The notes beneath the pieces are model-generated. The model saw only the letters and a program-made list of their open reading frames with translations, was not told the origin of the DNA and did not search any database. The position numbers and the translations under genes are program-made. DNA of 64,000 nucleotides from Squalus acanthias (taxonomy: Eukaryota): assembly GCA_030390025.1 (NCBI GenBank), contig CM059431.1:138262001-138326000 (forward strand), in the 5' to 3' direction. This document shows, one piece after another, positions 33,332-46,080 of the stretch. Numbering within the stretch: position 1 is the stretch's first letter; each line of letters starts with the position of its first letter.

Positions 33332-35980
33332 TATATATATATGATAGGGGCCGAGGTTATGATCTGAAATTGTTGAAATCCATGTTGAGTCCAGAGGTCT
33401 GTAAAGTGCCTAATCGAAAGATGAGGTGCTGTTCCTGAAGCTTACGCTGAGCTTCAGTGGAATAATGCGAGAGACCGAGGACAGTGTGGTTTGAGTGGGA
33501 GTGGAGCGCAGAATTAAAGTGACAGGCGACCGGAAGCTCGGGGTCCCAATTACGGACTGAACGGAGGTGTTCTGGAAAGCGGTCACCCAATCTGCGTTTG
33601 GTCTCCTCAATGTAGAGGATTCCGCATCGTGAGCAGCAAATACAGTATACTAAATTGCAAGAAGTACAAGTAAATCGCTGTTTCACCTGGAAGGGGTGTT
33701 TGGGGACCTGGACAATGGGAAGGGCGGAGGTATAAGTGCATGTGTTGCATCTCCTGCGCTTGCATGGGAATGTGCCGAGTGAAGGGGAAGTGTTGTTGTG
33801 GGTCATAGAGGAGTGGACCAGGGTGTCACGGAGGGAGCGGTCCCTTCGGAATCCTGATTGGGGAAGTGAGGGGAAAATGTCTTTGGTGGTGGGATCAAGC
33901 TGGAGGTGGGATTGTACATCCATAGTGAAAAGGAGGCAGTTGGGGCCAGGAAACTGGAAACTGTTAAAGTGGCAGAGGGCGTCTTAAGAGTCGCCGCTGT
34001 AGGTGGGAAGAGACTGGACAAGGGGAGAAAAAATAGAGTCGAGATAGGAAGAGATAAGTTCTGTGGGGCAAGAACAGGCTGAAACGATGATTCTACCAGG
34101 GCAGTCCTGTTTATGGATCTTGGGAAGGAGGTAGAAGCGGGCTGTGCGGGTTTGGGGAACTATGAGGTTGGCGGCTGTGGGGCGAAGATCTCCAGAGGAT
34201 ACGAGGTCAGTGACAGTGTTGGAAACGGTGGCTTGATGTTCGGTAGTTGGGTCAAGGTCCAGGCGGAGGTAAGAGGAGGTGTCGGAGAGTTGGCGTTCAG
34301 CTTCCGCGAGTTTCCAGTTTCTTGGTTCCAACCGCCTCCTTTTCACTATGGACATACAATCCCTCTGCACATACATCCCCCACCAGGATGGCCCTCGGGC
34401 GCTCCGCTTCTTCCTTGAACAGAGGACCAACCAGTCCCCATCCACCACCGCCCTTCTCGCCTGGCTGAACTTGTTCTCACGATTGAACAACTTCTACATT
34501 GACTCCACTCACTTCCTCCAAATCAAAGGTGTCGCTAATGGAAACCGCATGGGTCCTAGCTATGCCTGCCTTTTCGTGGGATAGGTGGAATACTCTTGGT
34601 TCCAGTCCTACTCAGGTCCCCTCCCTCAACTCTTTTTCCGGTACATTGATGAGTGTATCGGTGCCGTTTACCGCTCTCGCTCTGAAATAGATAATTTCAT
34701 TCACTTCGCTTCTAATTTTCACCATTCCCTCACCGTCACATAGTCCATCTCCGACTCTTCCCTTCCCTTCCTCGACTTCTCCTTCTCCATCTCTGGGGAT
34801 AGGTTATTGACAAACATTCACTACAAGCTCACTGACTCCCACAGCTACCTGGACTACACTTCCTCCCACCACACTTCCTGTAAGGGCTCAATTCCATTCA
34901 CGCAGTTTCCCCGTCTCCGCTCATCTGCTCTGACGATGCCACCTTCCATACCAGTGCTTCCAAGATGACTTCCTGTTTGCTCAACCGAGAATTCCCCTCT
35001 ACTGTGGTTGACACGGCCCTTGACCGTGTCCGTTCTATCACCCGCACATCTACCCTCATCCATGCCCCTGCCTCCCGGAACCATGATAGAGTTCCCCTTG
35101 TCCTCACCTTTCACCCCACCAGCCTCCACATTCAACGGATCATCCTCCGACATTTCCGGCACCTCCAGCTTGATCCCACCACAAAGCACATCTTCCCCTC
35201 ACCTCCCCTTTCGGTATTCTGAAGGGACTGCTCCCTCCGCGACACCCTGGTTCAAACCTCTATCACCCCCACACCCGTTCCGCTTCGCCCGGCACCTTCC
35301 CATGCAAGCGCAGGAGATGCTACACATGCCATTATACCTCCCCCCTTCACACTGTCCAGGGCCCCAAACACCCCTTCCAGGTGAAACAGCGATTTACTTG
35401 TACTTCTTGAAATTTAGTATACTGTAATCGCTGCTCTACATTGGGGAGTCCAAACGTAGATTGGGTGACCGCTTTGAGGAACACGTCCTTTCAGTCAGTA
35501 AGGGGGTCCCCGAACTTCCAGTCGCCTGTCACTTTAATTCTCCGATCCACTCCCACTCAGACCTCGCCGTCCTCGGCCTCTTGCATTGTTCCACTGAAGC
35601 TTTCGATTAGGCACTTTACAGCTCTCTGGACTCAACATAGAGTACAACAATTTTAGATCATAACCAAGGCCCCTATCATATATATATTTTGTATCCACAC
35701 TTCTTGTCTGTATCTTGTTCTCTTCTCTCCCACATGGCAGCTGTCTTTCATTCTGCCAGCGCAATTTACACTTCATCTAGAGTCATCCTTTGTTTCTTAA
35801 CCTGTCCCATACCATCTCCTTTTGCCTAGAAAATCTCTTAATATCTCTTAACTTCTCCTGCCTTCTATCCTATTACAGAACTTCACTTTGGTTCTTTCAC
35901 TCCCCGCCCCCCCCCCCGCCCCACCCCTTTCCCAGCCCCTACACTTGCTTAAAAATCTGTTCCATTTCCTGCTTTTTTCC

Positions 35981-36016
35981 AGTTCTGACCAAAGTTCATC
36001 GACCTGGAACGTTAAC
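35981..36016 (+). ncRNA. Degenerate hammerhead motif in PLE2 right pLTR
   Basis: agtt ctgacca aagttcatcgacct ggaa cgttaac; core positions mutated. Confidence 0.5.
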
Positions 36017-36449
36017 ACTGTTTCTCTTTTTAACAGATGCTGCCCGACCTGCTGAGTATCTCCAGCATTTTCTGTTTTTATTTCAGTACTTTTGCGGTGC
36101 GGTCACTGTTGTAGTGCAGTACATGTGGTAGCCAATTAGGGCACAGCACAATCCCACACTGTAATAATCACCAGATAATCTGTTTACATGTTGTTGTTTG
36201 AGGTTAAATATTGGCGAGATCGCCGGGGAGAATTCCACTGCTCTTTTTCTCAATAGTGCCATGGGATCTTTAACGTCCACCCAAGAGCTCAGAGAAGGCA
36301 TCGATTTAACGTCTCGTCGGGAAGTCTCCAGCAACATAGATTGTTGATTCAAATCATCTTCTCATGGCAACTTTGATTATCAGTAACTGGCTACATCATT
36401 GAATGAACTTTAAAAATGTGAACGGTTTTGAATAGATTAGATAGGTGGT

Positions 36450-36735
36450 TGAACCCGCGACATCTTCCACCTAGGGCAGCAGGCGCACGGGAAAACCACC
36501 AACTTCCCCTCCAAGTCACCCACCATCCTGACATAGAAGTATATCGTCGATCCTTCATCGCCGCTGGGTCAAAATCCTGGAACTCCCTCCCGAACAGCAC
36601 TGTGGGAATACCTTCACCACACGGACAGCAGTGGTTCAAGAAGGCGGCTTACCATCACATTTTCAGGGGCAATTAGGGATGGCCAATAAATGCTGTCCTT
36701 GCCAGCGAAGCCCACATCCAATAAACGAATAAAAC
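36450..36735 (+). mobile_element. L2/CR1-group LINE 3' fragment
   Basis: RRSFIAAGSKSWNSLPNS and tail aataaatgctgtccttgccagcgaagcccacatcc. Confidence 0.75.
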
Positions 36736-37119
36736 AAGTAAAGTGGGATAAAGTGATATGGGAACCAGGTGGGCACATGTAATTTGAAGTTAATTATCAA
36801 CACTACGGAATGTTTGGGCCAATTCCATATTGTAATTTCTATGTAATTCTGACTTCGGAGACCCTGTTTATTTTGAGGCACTTGTTGCTCCCTTTCAATT
36901 AGCACTTTGGTTCCTCAAACTTTCTTTGGAGTGAACTATCACAGGGAGCAAAGGAAACACAGGGAACACGAATAAGGAAACTTAGGAGACAGTAAGCAAA
37001 AGGAACAAGTGAAACCAGAATAAAAGGAAACAATAATTGCAGAGAAAAGGACGCAGTAAATATAGAAAGCAAAAAAATGGAACTCAGGAAACTAAGGGCA
37101 CGTTAAACTTAAGACTGGC

Positions 37120-40100
37120 TGTTAGAGTAATGTTATAGTAGAATCACCACCAGTAATGTTAGAGCAGAAACATCGCCAGAAATTGCAGAATCTCTACCAT
37201 TAATGTTAGAGTAGGATCACCACCAGTAATGTTCGATTAGAATCACCACCATTAACGTTCGAGTAGTGTCACCACCAGTAATGTTAGATTAGAGTCACCA
37301 CCAGTAATTATAGAGTAGGGTCACCACCAGTAATGTTAGAGTAGAGTCACCACCAGTAATGAAAGAGTAGTGTCACCAGCAGTAATGTTAGAGTAGAGCC
37401 ACCACCAGCAATGTTAGAGTAGGGTCACCACCAGTAATGACAGAGTAGGGTCACCACCAGTACTGTTAGAGTAGAGGCATCGCCAGCAATGTTAAAGTAG
37501 GGTCACCACCAGTAATGTTAGAGTAGGGTCACCACCAGTAATGTTAGATTAGGGTCACCACCAGTAATGAAAGAGTAGCGTCACCACCAGTACTGTTAGA
37601 GTAGAGTCATCACCAGCAATGTTAGAGTAGAGTCACCACCAGCAATGTTAGAGCAGAGTCACCACCATTAATGTTAGAGTACCGTCACCCCCAGTAATGT
37701 TAGGGTAGAGCCACCACCAGTAATGTTAGAGTAGTTTGATCACCAGTAATGTTAGAGTTGGGTCACCACCAATAATGTTAGAGTAGTTTGACTACCAGTA
37801 ATGTTAGAGTTGGGTCACCACCAATAATGTTAGAGTCGGGTCAGCACCAGTAATGTTATAGTGGAGTCACCACCATAATTTTAAAGGAGGGTGACCAACA
37901 TTAATGTTAGAGTAGTGTCAACAGCAGTAATGTTAGTGTAGGGTCACCACCAATAATGTTCAGTAGATACACCAGCAGAAATGTTACAGTGGTGTCACCA
38001 CCAGTAATGTTACAGTAGAGTCACCAACAGTAATGTTAGAGTAGGGTCACCACCTGAAATGTTAGAGTAGAGTCACCACCAGAACTGGTACAGTAGAGCC
38101 ACCACCAGCAATGTTAGAGTAGGGTCACCACCAGTAATGTTAGAGTAGGGTCACCACCAGTACTGTTACTGTAGATTCACAACCAGCAATGTTAGAGTAT
38201 GGTCACCACCATTAATGTTAGAATAGGGTCACCACCATTAATTTTGGGGTGGCATCACCACCAGTAATGTTAGAGTAGAGTCACCACCAGTAATGTTAGG
38301 TTAGGTTCACCACCAGTAATGTTAAAGTAGGTTTAACCAGTAATGTTTGAGTTTGGTCACCACCATTAATGTTAGGATAGGGTCGCCACCAGTAATGTTA
38401 GAGTAGGGTCACCACCATTAGTGTTAGGATAGGGTCACCACCAGTATTGTTAGAGTAGGGTCACCGCCATTAATGTTAGGATAGTGTCACCACCAGTAAT
38501 GTTAGAGTAGGGTCAACACCAGTAAAGTTAGTGTAGAGTCACCACCAATTATGTGAGAGTAGAGTCACCACCAGATTGTTAGAGTAGGGTCACCACCATT
38601 AATGCTAGAATAAGGTCACCACCACTAAATTTGTTGTGAGTTCATTACCTTTAATGTTAGGGTAGAGTCACCAACAGTAATGTTAAAGTAGTTTGACCAC
38701 CAGTAATGTTAGAGAAGGGTCACCAGCAGTAATGTTATAGTAGAGTCACTGACATTAATGTTAGAGTAGGTTCACCACCAGTAATGTTAGAGTAGTGTCA
38801 CCACCAATAATGTTAGAGCAGTGTCAAAAACAGTAATGTTAGTGTAACGTCACCACCAGTAATGTTAAAGTAGAGTCATCATCAGTAATGTTAGAGTAGG
38901 GTCACCATCAGTAATGTTCGAGTAGATACACCACCAGAAATGTTACAGTAGTGTCACCACCAGTAATGTTACAGTGGAGTCACCAACAGTACTGTTAGAG
39001 TAGGGTCACAACCTGAAATGTTAGAGTAGAGTCACCACCAGAAATGTTAGAGTAGAGCCGCCACCAGCAATGTTAGAGTAGGGTCACCACCAGTAATGTT
39101 AGAGTAGAAACATCACCAGAAATTGCAAAGTCTCCACCATTAATGTTAGAGTAGGATCACCATCAGTAATGTTAGATTAGAATCACCACCATTAACGTTC
39201 GAGTAGTGTCTCCACCAGTAATGTTAGATTAGAGTCACCACCAGTAATTATAGAGTAGGGTCACCACCAGTAATGTTAGAGTAGAGTCACCACCAGTAAT
39301 GAAAGAGTAGTGTCACCACCAGTACTGTTAGAGTAGAGTCATCGCCAGCAATGTTAGAGTAGGGTCACCACCAGTAATGTTAAAGTAGGGTCACCACCAG
39401 TAATGTTAGATTAGGGTCACCCACCAGTAATGAAAGAGTAGTGTCACCACCAGTGCTGTTAGAGTAGAGTCATCACCAGCAATGTTAGAGTAGAGTCACC
39501 ACCAGCAATGTTAGAGCAGATACACCACCAGAAATTAAGGAGTAGAGTCACCATCAGTAATGTTAGTGTAGGGTCACCTCCATTAATGTTAGAGTAGGGT
39601 CACCACCAGTAATACTGGTGTAGATTCACCACGATTAATGTTAGAGTAGGGTCACCTCCTTTAATGTTACAGTAGGGTCACCACCTGTAATGTCAGAGTA
39701 GATTCACCACCAGTAATGATACAGTAGATTCACCACCAGTAATTTTGGAGCAGGTACACCACCAGAAATTGTAGAGTAGTGTCACCAACAGTAATGATAG
39801 AGTAGTGTCACCAACAGTAATATTAGAGTAGGCTCACCACCAGTAATACTGGAGTAGAGTCATCACGATTAATGTTAGAGTAGGGACACCTCCATTAATG
39901 TTATAGTAGGTTTACCACCAATAATGTCAGAGTAGAGTCACCACCAGTAATGTTAGAGTAGGGTCACCTCCATTTATGTTAGAATTGGGTTACCACCAGT
40001 AATGTCATAGTAGAGTCACCACCAGTAATGTTAAAGTAGGGTCACCACCAATAATGTTAGAGTAGAGTCACCACCAGTAATGTTAGAGTAGAGTCACCAC

Positions 40101-42560
40101 CAGTAATGTTATAGTAGAGTCACCACTGGTGATGTTAACGGAGTGCCACCACCAGTAATGTTAGAGTAGAGTCACCCCCATTAATGTTAGAGTAGCGTCA
40201 CCACCAGTAATGTTAGGGTAGAGCCACCAACAGTAATGTTAGAGTAGTTTGACCACAAGGAATGTTAGAGTTGGGTCACCACCAATAATGTTAGAGTCGG
40301 GTCAGCAGCAGTAATGTTATAGTGGAGTCACCACCATAATGTTAAAGGAGGGTCATCACCATGAATGTTAGAGTAGTGTCAACAGCAGTAATGTTAGTGT
40401 AGGGTCGCCAGCAATAAGGTTCGAGTAGATACAACACCAGAAATGTTACAGTGGTGTCACCACCAGTAATGTTACATTGGAGTCACCAACAGCAATGTTA
40501 GAGTAGGGTCACCACCTGAAATGTTAGAGTAGAGTCACCACCAGAAATGGTACAGTAGAGCCACCACCAGCAATGTTAGAGTAGGGTCACCACCAGTAAT
40601 GTTAGAGTAGGGTCACCACCAGTACTGTTATTGTAGAGTCACAACCAGTAATGTTAGAGTTGGGTCACCACCAGTAATGTCAGAGTAGGGTCACCACCAC
40701 TAATGTTATTGTAGACTCACCAACATAAATATTAGAGTATGGTCACCACCATTAATGTTAGAATAGGGTCACCACCATTAATTTTGGGGTGGCTTCACCA
40801 CCAGTAATGTTAGAGTAGAGTCACCACCAATAATGTTAGGATAGGTTGACCACCAGTAATGTTAAAGTAGCTTTAACCAGTAATGTTTGACTAGGGTCAC
40901 CACCATTAATGTTAGAGTAGGTTTCACCAGTAATGTTTGAGTATGGTCACCACCATTAATGTTAGGATAGGGTCACCACCAGTAATGTTAAAGTAGGGTC
41001 ACCACCATTAATGTTAGGATAGGGTCACCACCATTAATGTTAGGATAGGGTCACCACCAGTAATGTTAAAGTAGGGTCACCACCATTAATGTTAGGATAG
41101 GGTCACCACCAATAATGTTAGAGTAGGGTCAACACCAGTAACGTTAGTGTAGAGTCACCACCAATTATGTGAGAGTAGAGTCACCACCAGAATGTTAAAG
41201 TAGGGTCACCACCATTAATGCTATAATAAGGTCACCACCACTAAATTTGTTGTGAGTTCATTACCTTTAACGTTAGGGTAAAGTCACCAACAGTAATGTT
41301 AAAGTAGTTTGACCACCAGTAATGTTAGAGAAGGGTCACCAGCAGTAATGTTATAGTAGAGTCACCACCAGTAATGTTAAAGTAGAGTCATTATCAGTAA
41401 TGTTAGAGTAGGGTCACCACCAATAATGTTCGAGTAGATACACCACCAGAAATGTTACGGTAGTGTCACCACCAGTAATGTTACAGTGGAGTCACCAACT
41501 GTAATGTTAGAGTTGGGTCACCACGAGTAATGGTATAGTAGGATCACCACCTGTAATGTTACAGTAGAGTCACCACCAGTAATGTTAGAGTAGGGTCACC
41601 ACCAGTAATGTTAGAGTAGGGTCACCACCAGTAATGTTAGAGTAGGGTCACCACCAGTAATGTTAGAGTAGGGTCACGACCAGTAATGTTAGAGTTGGGT
41701 CACCACCATTAATGTTACGGTAGAGTCACCACCAGTAATGTTAGAGTAGGGTCACCACCAGTAATGTTAGAGTAGGGTCACCACCAGTAATGTTAGAGTA
41801 GGGTCACCACCAGTAATGGTATAGTAGGGTCACTACCAGTAATGTTACAGTAGAGTCACCACCAGTAATGTTGGAATAGGGTCTCCATCAGTAATGTTTG
41901 AGTTGGGTCACCACCAGTAAAGTTAGTGTCGGGTCACCACCAGTAATGTTAGAGTAGAGTCACCACCATCAATGTTAGAGTAGAGTCACTACCAATCTTA
42001 TTAGCGTAGAGCCCCCACCAGTAATATTACAGTATGGTCACTACCTGTAATGTTAGATAGTTTCACCGGCAGTAATTTTTGAGTAGGGTCACCGCCAGTA
42101 ATGTTAGAGTAAGGGGTCCACCAGTAATCTTAGAGTAGAGTCACCTCCATTAAAGTTAGTGTAGGGTCAGCACCAGTAATGTTAGTGTAGGGCCAAAGAA
42201 CAGTAATGTTAGAGTATTATCACCACAATAATGTTGGAGTAGGGTCATCCCCAGTAATTACAAGTAGGATCAACATCAGTAATGTTAGAGTAACTTTACC
42301 AGCAATAATGTTGGAGTGGTCCTCAGCAGTTTTTTTTTTGTGTTGGGTTACCAGCGGTAATGTTAGAGTATAAACACCACCAGTAACGGTAGAATAGGTT
42401 CATAACCAGTAACGTTAGAATAGGATCACTAGTATTAATGTCAGCGTAGCATCCTCGCCATTAAAATTCGAGTAGAGTCACCGCCAGCAATGTTAGAGAG
42501 TAGTCATCACTAATAATGTTAGCGATGAATCATCACCAGCATTGTTAGCAATGAATCATT
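37120..42560. repeat. 26-bp minisatellite (GGGTCACCACCAGTAATGTTAGAGTA)n, ~200 units
   Basis: Direct reading; purest around 41570-41830. Confidence 0.95.
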
Positions 42561-42880
42561 GCCAGTAATAATAAATCGGAGTCATCACTCGGTATCATTC
42601 CAGTAAAAAAACAAATTTAGCTTATGCAATGGATGAGGAAAATTTTCAGCAAATGGAATTGAAACCTCATTAGCCTAACGCAGAATTCAGGAGGGATGTT
42701 CCATTCAGCGTCAAGGGACCATGCGCTAGGCACATTCCCTCTGGGATTACTTTCCATACAATTTTTCCACTGCGGGCCGGGGCGCACTGAAGCGGAAAAT
42801 CGCCCCTTGTTTGTTAAGTAACTGTAACTAACGCCACTTATTGTGTAACATGTTTTTTTCTGACCGGGACACCGATTGTT

Positions 42881-42889
42881 CTATAAATG
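42881..42889 (+). promoter_or_regulatory. Candidate TATA box upstream of GPCR exon 1
   Basis: ctataaatg ~80 nt before the ATG at 42964. Confidence 0.4.
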
Positions 42890-42963
42890 AGGAGTATTTA
42901 CCGATCTCAGTAACACTCCAGTCCGAACCGTAAAGCTGGACAGATTTCGCACAGTTTTTTTAA

Positions 42964-43033
42964 ATGGAACTGCCAACAATTCGACAGATAAGGAACATTT
43001 ACTACCCTATTCTCGCAACCTTTGGGGCTCCCG
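42964..43033 (+). CDS. GPR139/GPR142-like GPCR, exon 1
   Basis: MELPTIRQIRNIYYPILATFGAP+G|gtaagt; phase-1 intron at the position GPR139 uses (YY...GLP|AN). Confidence 0.85.
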
Positions 43034-43996
43034 GTAAGTCAATGTATTGTGTTGTCTAATAGCTGTTGACGATCTCAGTGTTAATGTAACAGATTCCGAG
43101 AATGTCCTCATTGCAGAGTCATTGACCACCGGGATAAGTCGGTGAAAATCAGCGGGAATGCTACCAGTCAGCGCGGCCGCTGAGGCGCAGTTCTGGTCGC
43201 TCGATCGTGGCCAACAGGAGCTCAACTTTCCTCCCTGTACTGAGGGAGGGCGAGGCTGATTCCCCGGCCCCTCCAATGGTACATAGATCATTAAAGAATG
43301 TGTTGCTTAGTGTCCATGGTAATCATTTCATCTGTCCCTTTGTTTCCTGTCTACTTAACGTTGATAATTCCTCGTACTGCAGCCACCTCCACCCATCAGA
43401 GGACGATGAAAGATATTTGGAGCAATAATTGCCGCTCAGGGCGCTATTCCCCTCCCCTCGGCTGCAAAGATCCTTCGCGGCTCCACCAACTCCCGCTCTG
43501 TTACCGAGCAGATTCCTCGAGGCGATTATAAATAGAAACAGCGCAGAGATTCGACCTACATCGAATGTTTGTGTTTCAGCTGAATGTATTATTTAAATTC
43601 CTATCTTTCCAGTAATAGTTTGTAAATTATATTTAATAGAGCTGACATCTGATGCCGCTCCCGAGATCCCCCTCGCCAATTAAACCGATGAGATTAAATG
43701 TAAAATTCCATCGATTGCTCCCTGGGGCCGCTGTAGTAACTCATCAAATTGGCTCGGTGCATCACATGGTTCCAGCCTCATGGCGGGATGGTTTCAGCGC
43801 TCCACACTGCAATGGAATGTGTGTTTGGGTGTATGTAAGGGAATCCGCTTCTTTATTGACTGTGAAAATGAACAAGTTATAGAACCATCCAAGGTTGCTC
43901 TTTAACTAGCGTTAATCTGTAACTGTACCGTCCCTTCGAGGTACTGTGTCTTGGCCTGGACCGCGCCGTTAAAGTCTGAATGGACCCTCAATGGAT

Positions 43997-44095
43997 TTCT
44001 AACGAAAGGTTTCAACATGAAACGTAAACTTTGTTTTCCTCTCCACAGATAATGCTTGTCCTGCAAAGTATTTCCAGAATGTTCTGTTTTTATGC
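43997..44095 (+). mobile_element. Solo degenerate PLE2-family pLTR fragment (hammerhead remnant) in GPCR intron
   Basis: ttctaacgaaaggtttcaacatgaaacgtaaact...ctccacagat...ttctgtttttat matches 35985-36080; absent from the paralogous intron at ~57690. Confidence 0.6.
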
Positions 44096-44544
44096 AAGAA
44101 TATAGTGTCAGTGGCGATAGCGATGGAAATTCATTCGGAAGAGATGTATCATGGTCGGCTGATACGGAGTCGCCCGTTTTACACTGTCGCCCAAAGTCAA
44201 AATTCCCCTCGGTTGAGCCATCAGTGCCTGGTTGTCGGTGGTGTTGGGGTCGCTATCCGTTACCATTGCCGATACTGAATACGAGCGACCCTCCCAGCAC
44301 CAACCTCCACCCACCGGCTTGACACAGTCTGACTGAAGTGTGCTGGAATGCTGGCGCATTCTCACTCCCTCGATATTGGGTGTTTAATGAGTATTTTCAT
44401 TTGAAAAGGTATACTGTCAATGCTCGACTATATTGTAAGGTGGGCATAACCTTAAGTAGGAAAACAACGGTTCATCTCCCCACAATATGCTGTCAGATTT
44501 ATCTGAGCGTCCCCGTTATTAAGTCGTGTCGCTCTTTCTTACAG

Positions 44545-45452
44545 CGAACCTATTGACAATTGTGATTCTCTCCAGAGGAAAATGCGGCCTTTCCAAATGT
44601 ATCTCGGTCTACATGGTGGCCATGGCAACAGCAGATCTACTGGTCATGATCGTCAATGTAATCGTATATCATATTTTTAGTAAACTCTTCCCATATTCAT
44701 TCCTGTCCTACACTCCTGTTTGTAAGTTCATGATGTACATGTCTTGTACCAACCTGGATATGTCGGTGTGGTTTACCGTCTCCTTCACATTTGATCGATT
44801 TGTAGCTATCTGTTGTCAGAAGTTTAAAACAAAGTATTGCACAGTGAGAACTGCGGCCGCGGTTATAACAACGGTCTCTGTCCTGGTTTATTTAGAGAAC
44901 ATACCCTTTTGGTTTGCCTTTGAACACAAACAAATAATCAACAATGTTCCTTGGGATTTCGTCCCAAGTATGGCCTTTTATACATCGCCTGCAGGTGTAG
45001 CTTTCTCCCAGTTAGAAAATATTTTAATTACATATATTCCTTTTGTTTTGATATTACTGTTTAATTGTTTGACAGTCAGACGTATTTTAGTCGCCAGTAG
45101 AGCCCGCAGGGGACTCCGGGGTCACAGCAGTGAGAATCAGAGCGATCCAGAGATGCAGAGCCGAAGGAAATCCATCATTTTACTGTTCACTGTATCGGCC
45201 AGTTTTGTATTGTTGTGGCTGTCAGTTGCCGTGAATTCTGTAGTTAAGAACATCGTGGTTTTTCACCGACCCGATTATACATCTCCTGCATACATCGCCA
45301 CTGAAACCGGATATATGCTCATGTATTTGAGCTCCTGTACAAACACGTGTATTTATGCAGCTACCCAAACTAAATTCAGGGAAGAGCTGAAGAAGGTGGT
45401 GAAATCTCCTTCGACATTGATTCTGATATTTGTTAAAAAAATGAAAAATTAA
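44545..45452 (+). CDS. GPR139/GPR142-like class A GPCR, exon 2 (spliced protein ~325 aa, intact)
   Basis: ttacag|CG AAC: ANLLTIVILSR, MATADLLV, SVWFTVSFTFDRFVAIC, IPFVLILLFN, RKSIILLF, TNTCIY. Confidence 0.9.
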
Positions 45453-45614
45453 ACTAAAGCTTCCTTTAAGTAGAGTTAAACTACAGCCCGTGTTCCATTT
45501 TAGAATGGCCATCTTACCGTTAGGACGAAAGCCGATTGTTGCTGTGAAAATGAACAGGGATCAGAAAACCTTTCTTCCTTTTTGTGCCGTGTGTTTTGTG
45601 TCTGCTTCATTCCC

Positions 45615-46080
45615 TGGGTCAGCCGTGGCTCAGCTGGTAGCAACCTCGTGAGAAAGTTGTGGCTTCAAGTCCCACTCCAGAGACTCAATAATCTACCATA
45701 ATCTAGGCTGACACTCCAGTGCAGGGCTGAGGGAGTGCTGCACTGTCGGAGGTGCCCTCTTTCGAATTAGGCGCTAAACTGTGGCTCCGTCTGCCCTCTC
45801 AGGTGGACGTAAAAGATCCTTTGCATTATTTCGAAGAGGAGCAGGGAGTAATCCCGGGTGTCCCAGCCAATATTTATCCCTCAATTAACATCATTAAACA
45901 GAAATTATCTGGTAATTATTACATTACTATTTGTGGGAGCTTGCTGTGCGCAAATTGGCTGCTGTGTTTCCTACATTAGAACAGTGGTTACACCTCAAAA
46001 AGCACTTCATTGGCTGTAAGGCGCTTTGGGGCGTCCGGTGGTCGTGAAAGGAGCTATATAAATAGAAATCTTTCCTTTTC
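45615..46080 (+). mobile_element. tRNA-derived Deu-domain SINE (SacSINE1/AmnSINE1 superfamily), full length
   Basis: A-box tggctcagctgg, B-box-like gcttcaagtcc, Deu core gtcggaggtgcc...ccgtctgccctctcaggtggacgtaaaagatcc, L2-like tail gcgctttggg...gtgaaaggagctatataaat. Confidence 0.8.

Larger units (their letters stand above)
32162..36085. mobile_element. Decayed Penelope-like element in head-to-head inverted arrangement
   Basis: Left arm on minus (pLTR, GIY-YIG 33357-33923, RT piece 33984-34310); right arm on plus (FTMDIQSL, GNRMGPSYA, RYIDE, GIY-YIG remnant, pLTR to 36085). TSD TTCAGTACTTTTG at 32149-32161 and 36082-36094. Confidence 0.9.
32075..36335 (-). mobile_element. Deu-domain SINE (SacSINE1-like), split by PLE insertion (pieces ~32075-32161 and 36082-36335)
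   Basis: atagtgccatgggatctttaacgtccacc...tttaacgtctc is the reverse complement of the Deu core seen at 45745-45830; the tail continues at 32075-32160. Confidence 0.7.

Noticed and set aside
44526..44544. ORF-track start MSLFLT for the GPCR
   Set aside because: This is the polypyrimidine tract/acceptor; the real N-terminus is exon 1 at 42964-43033.
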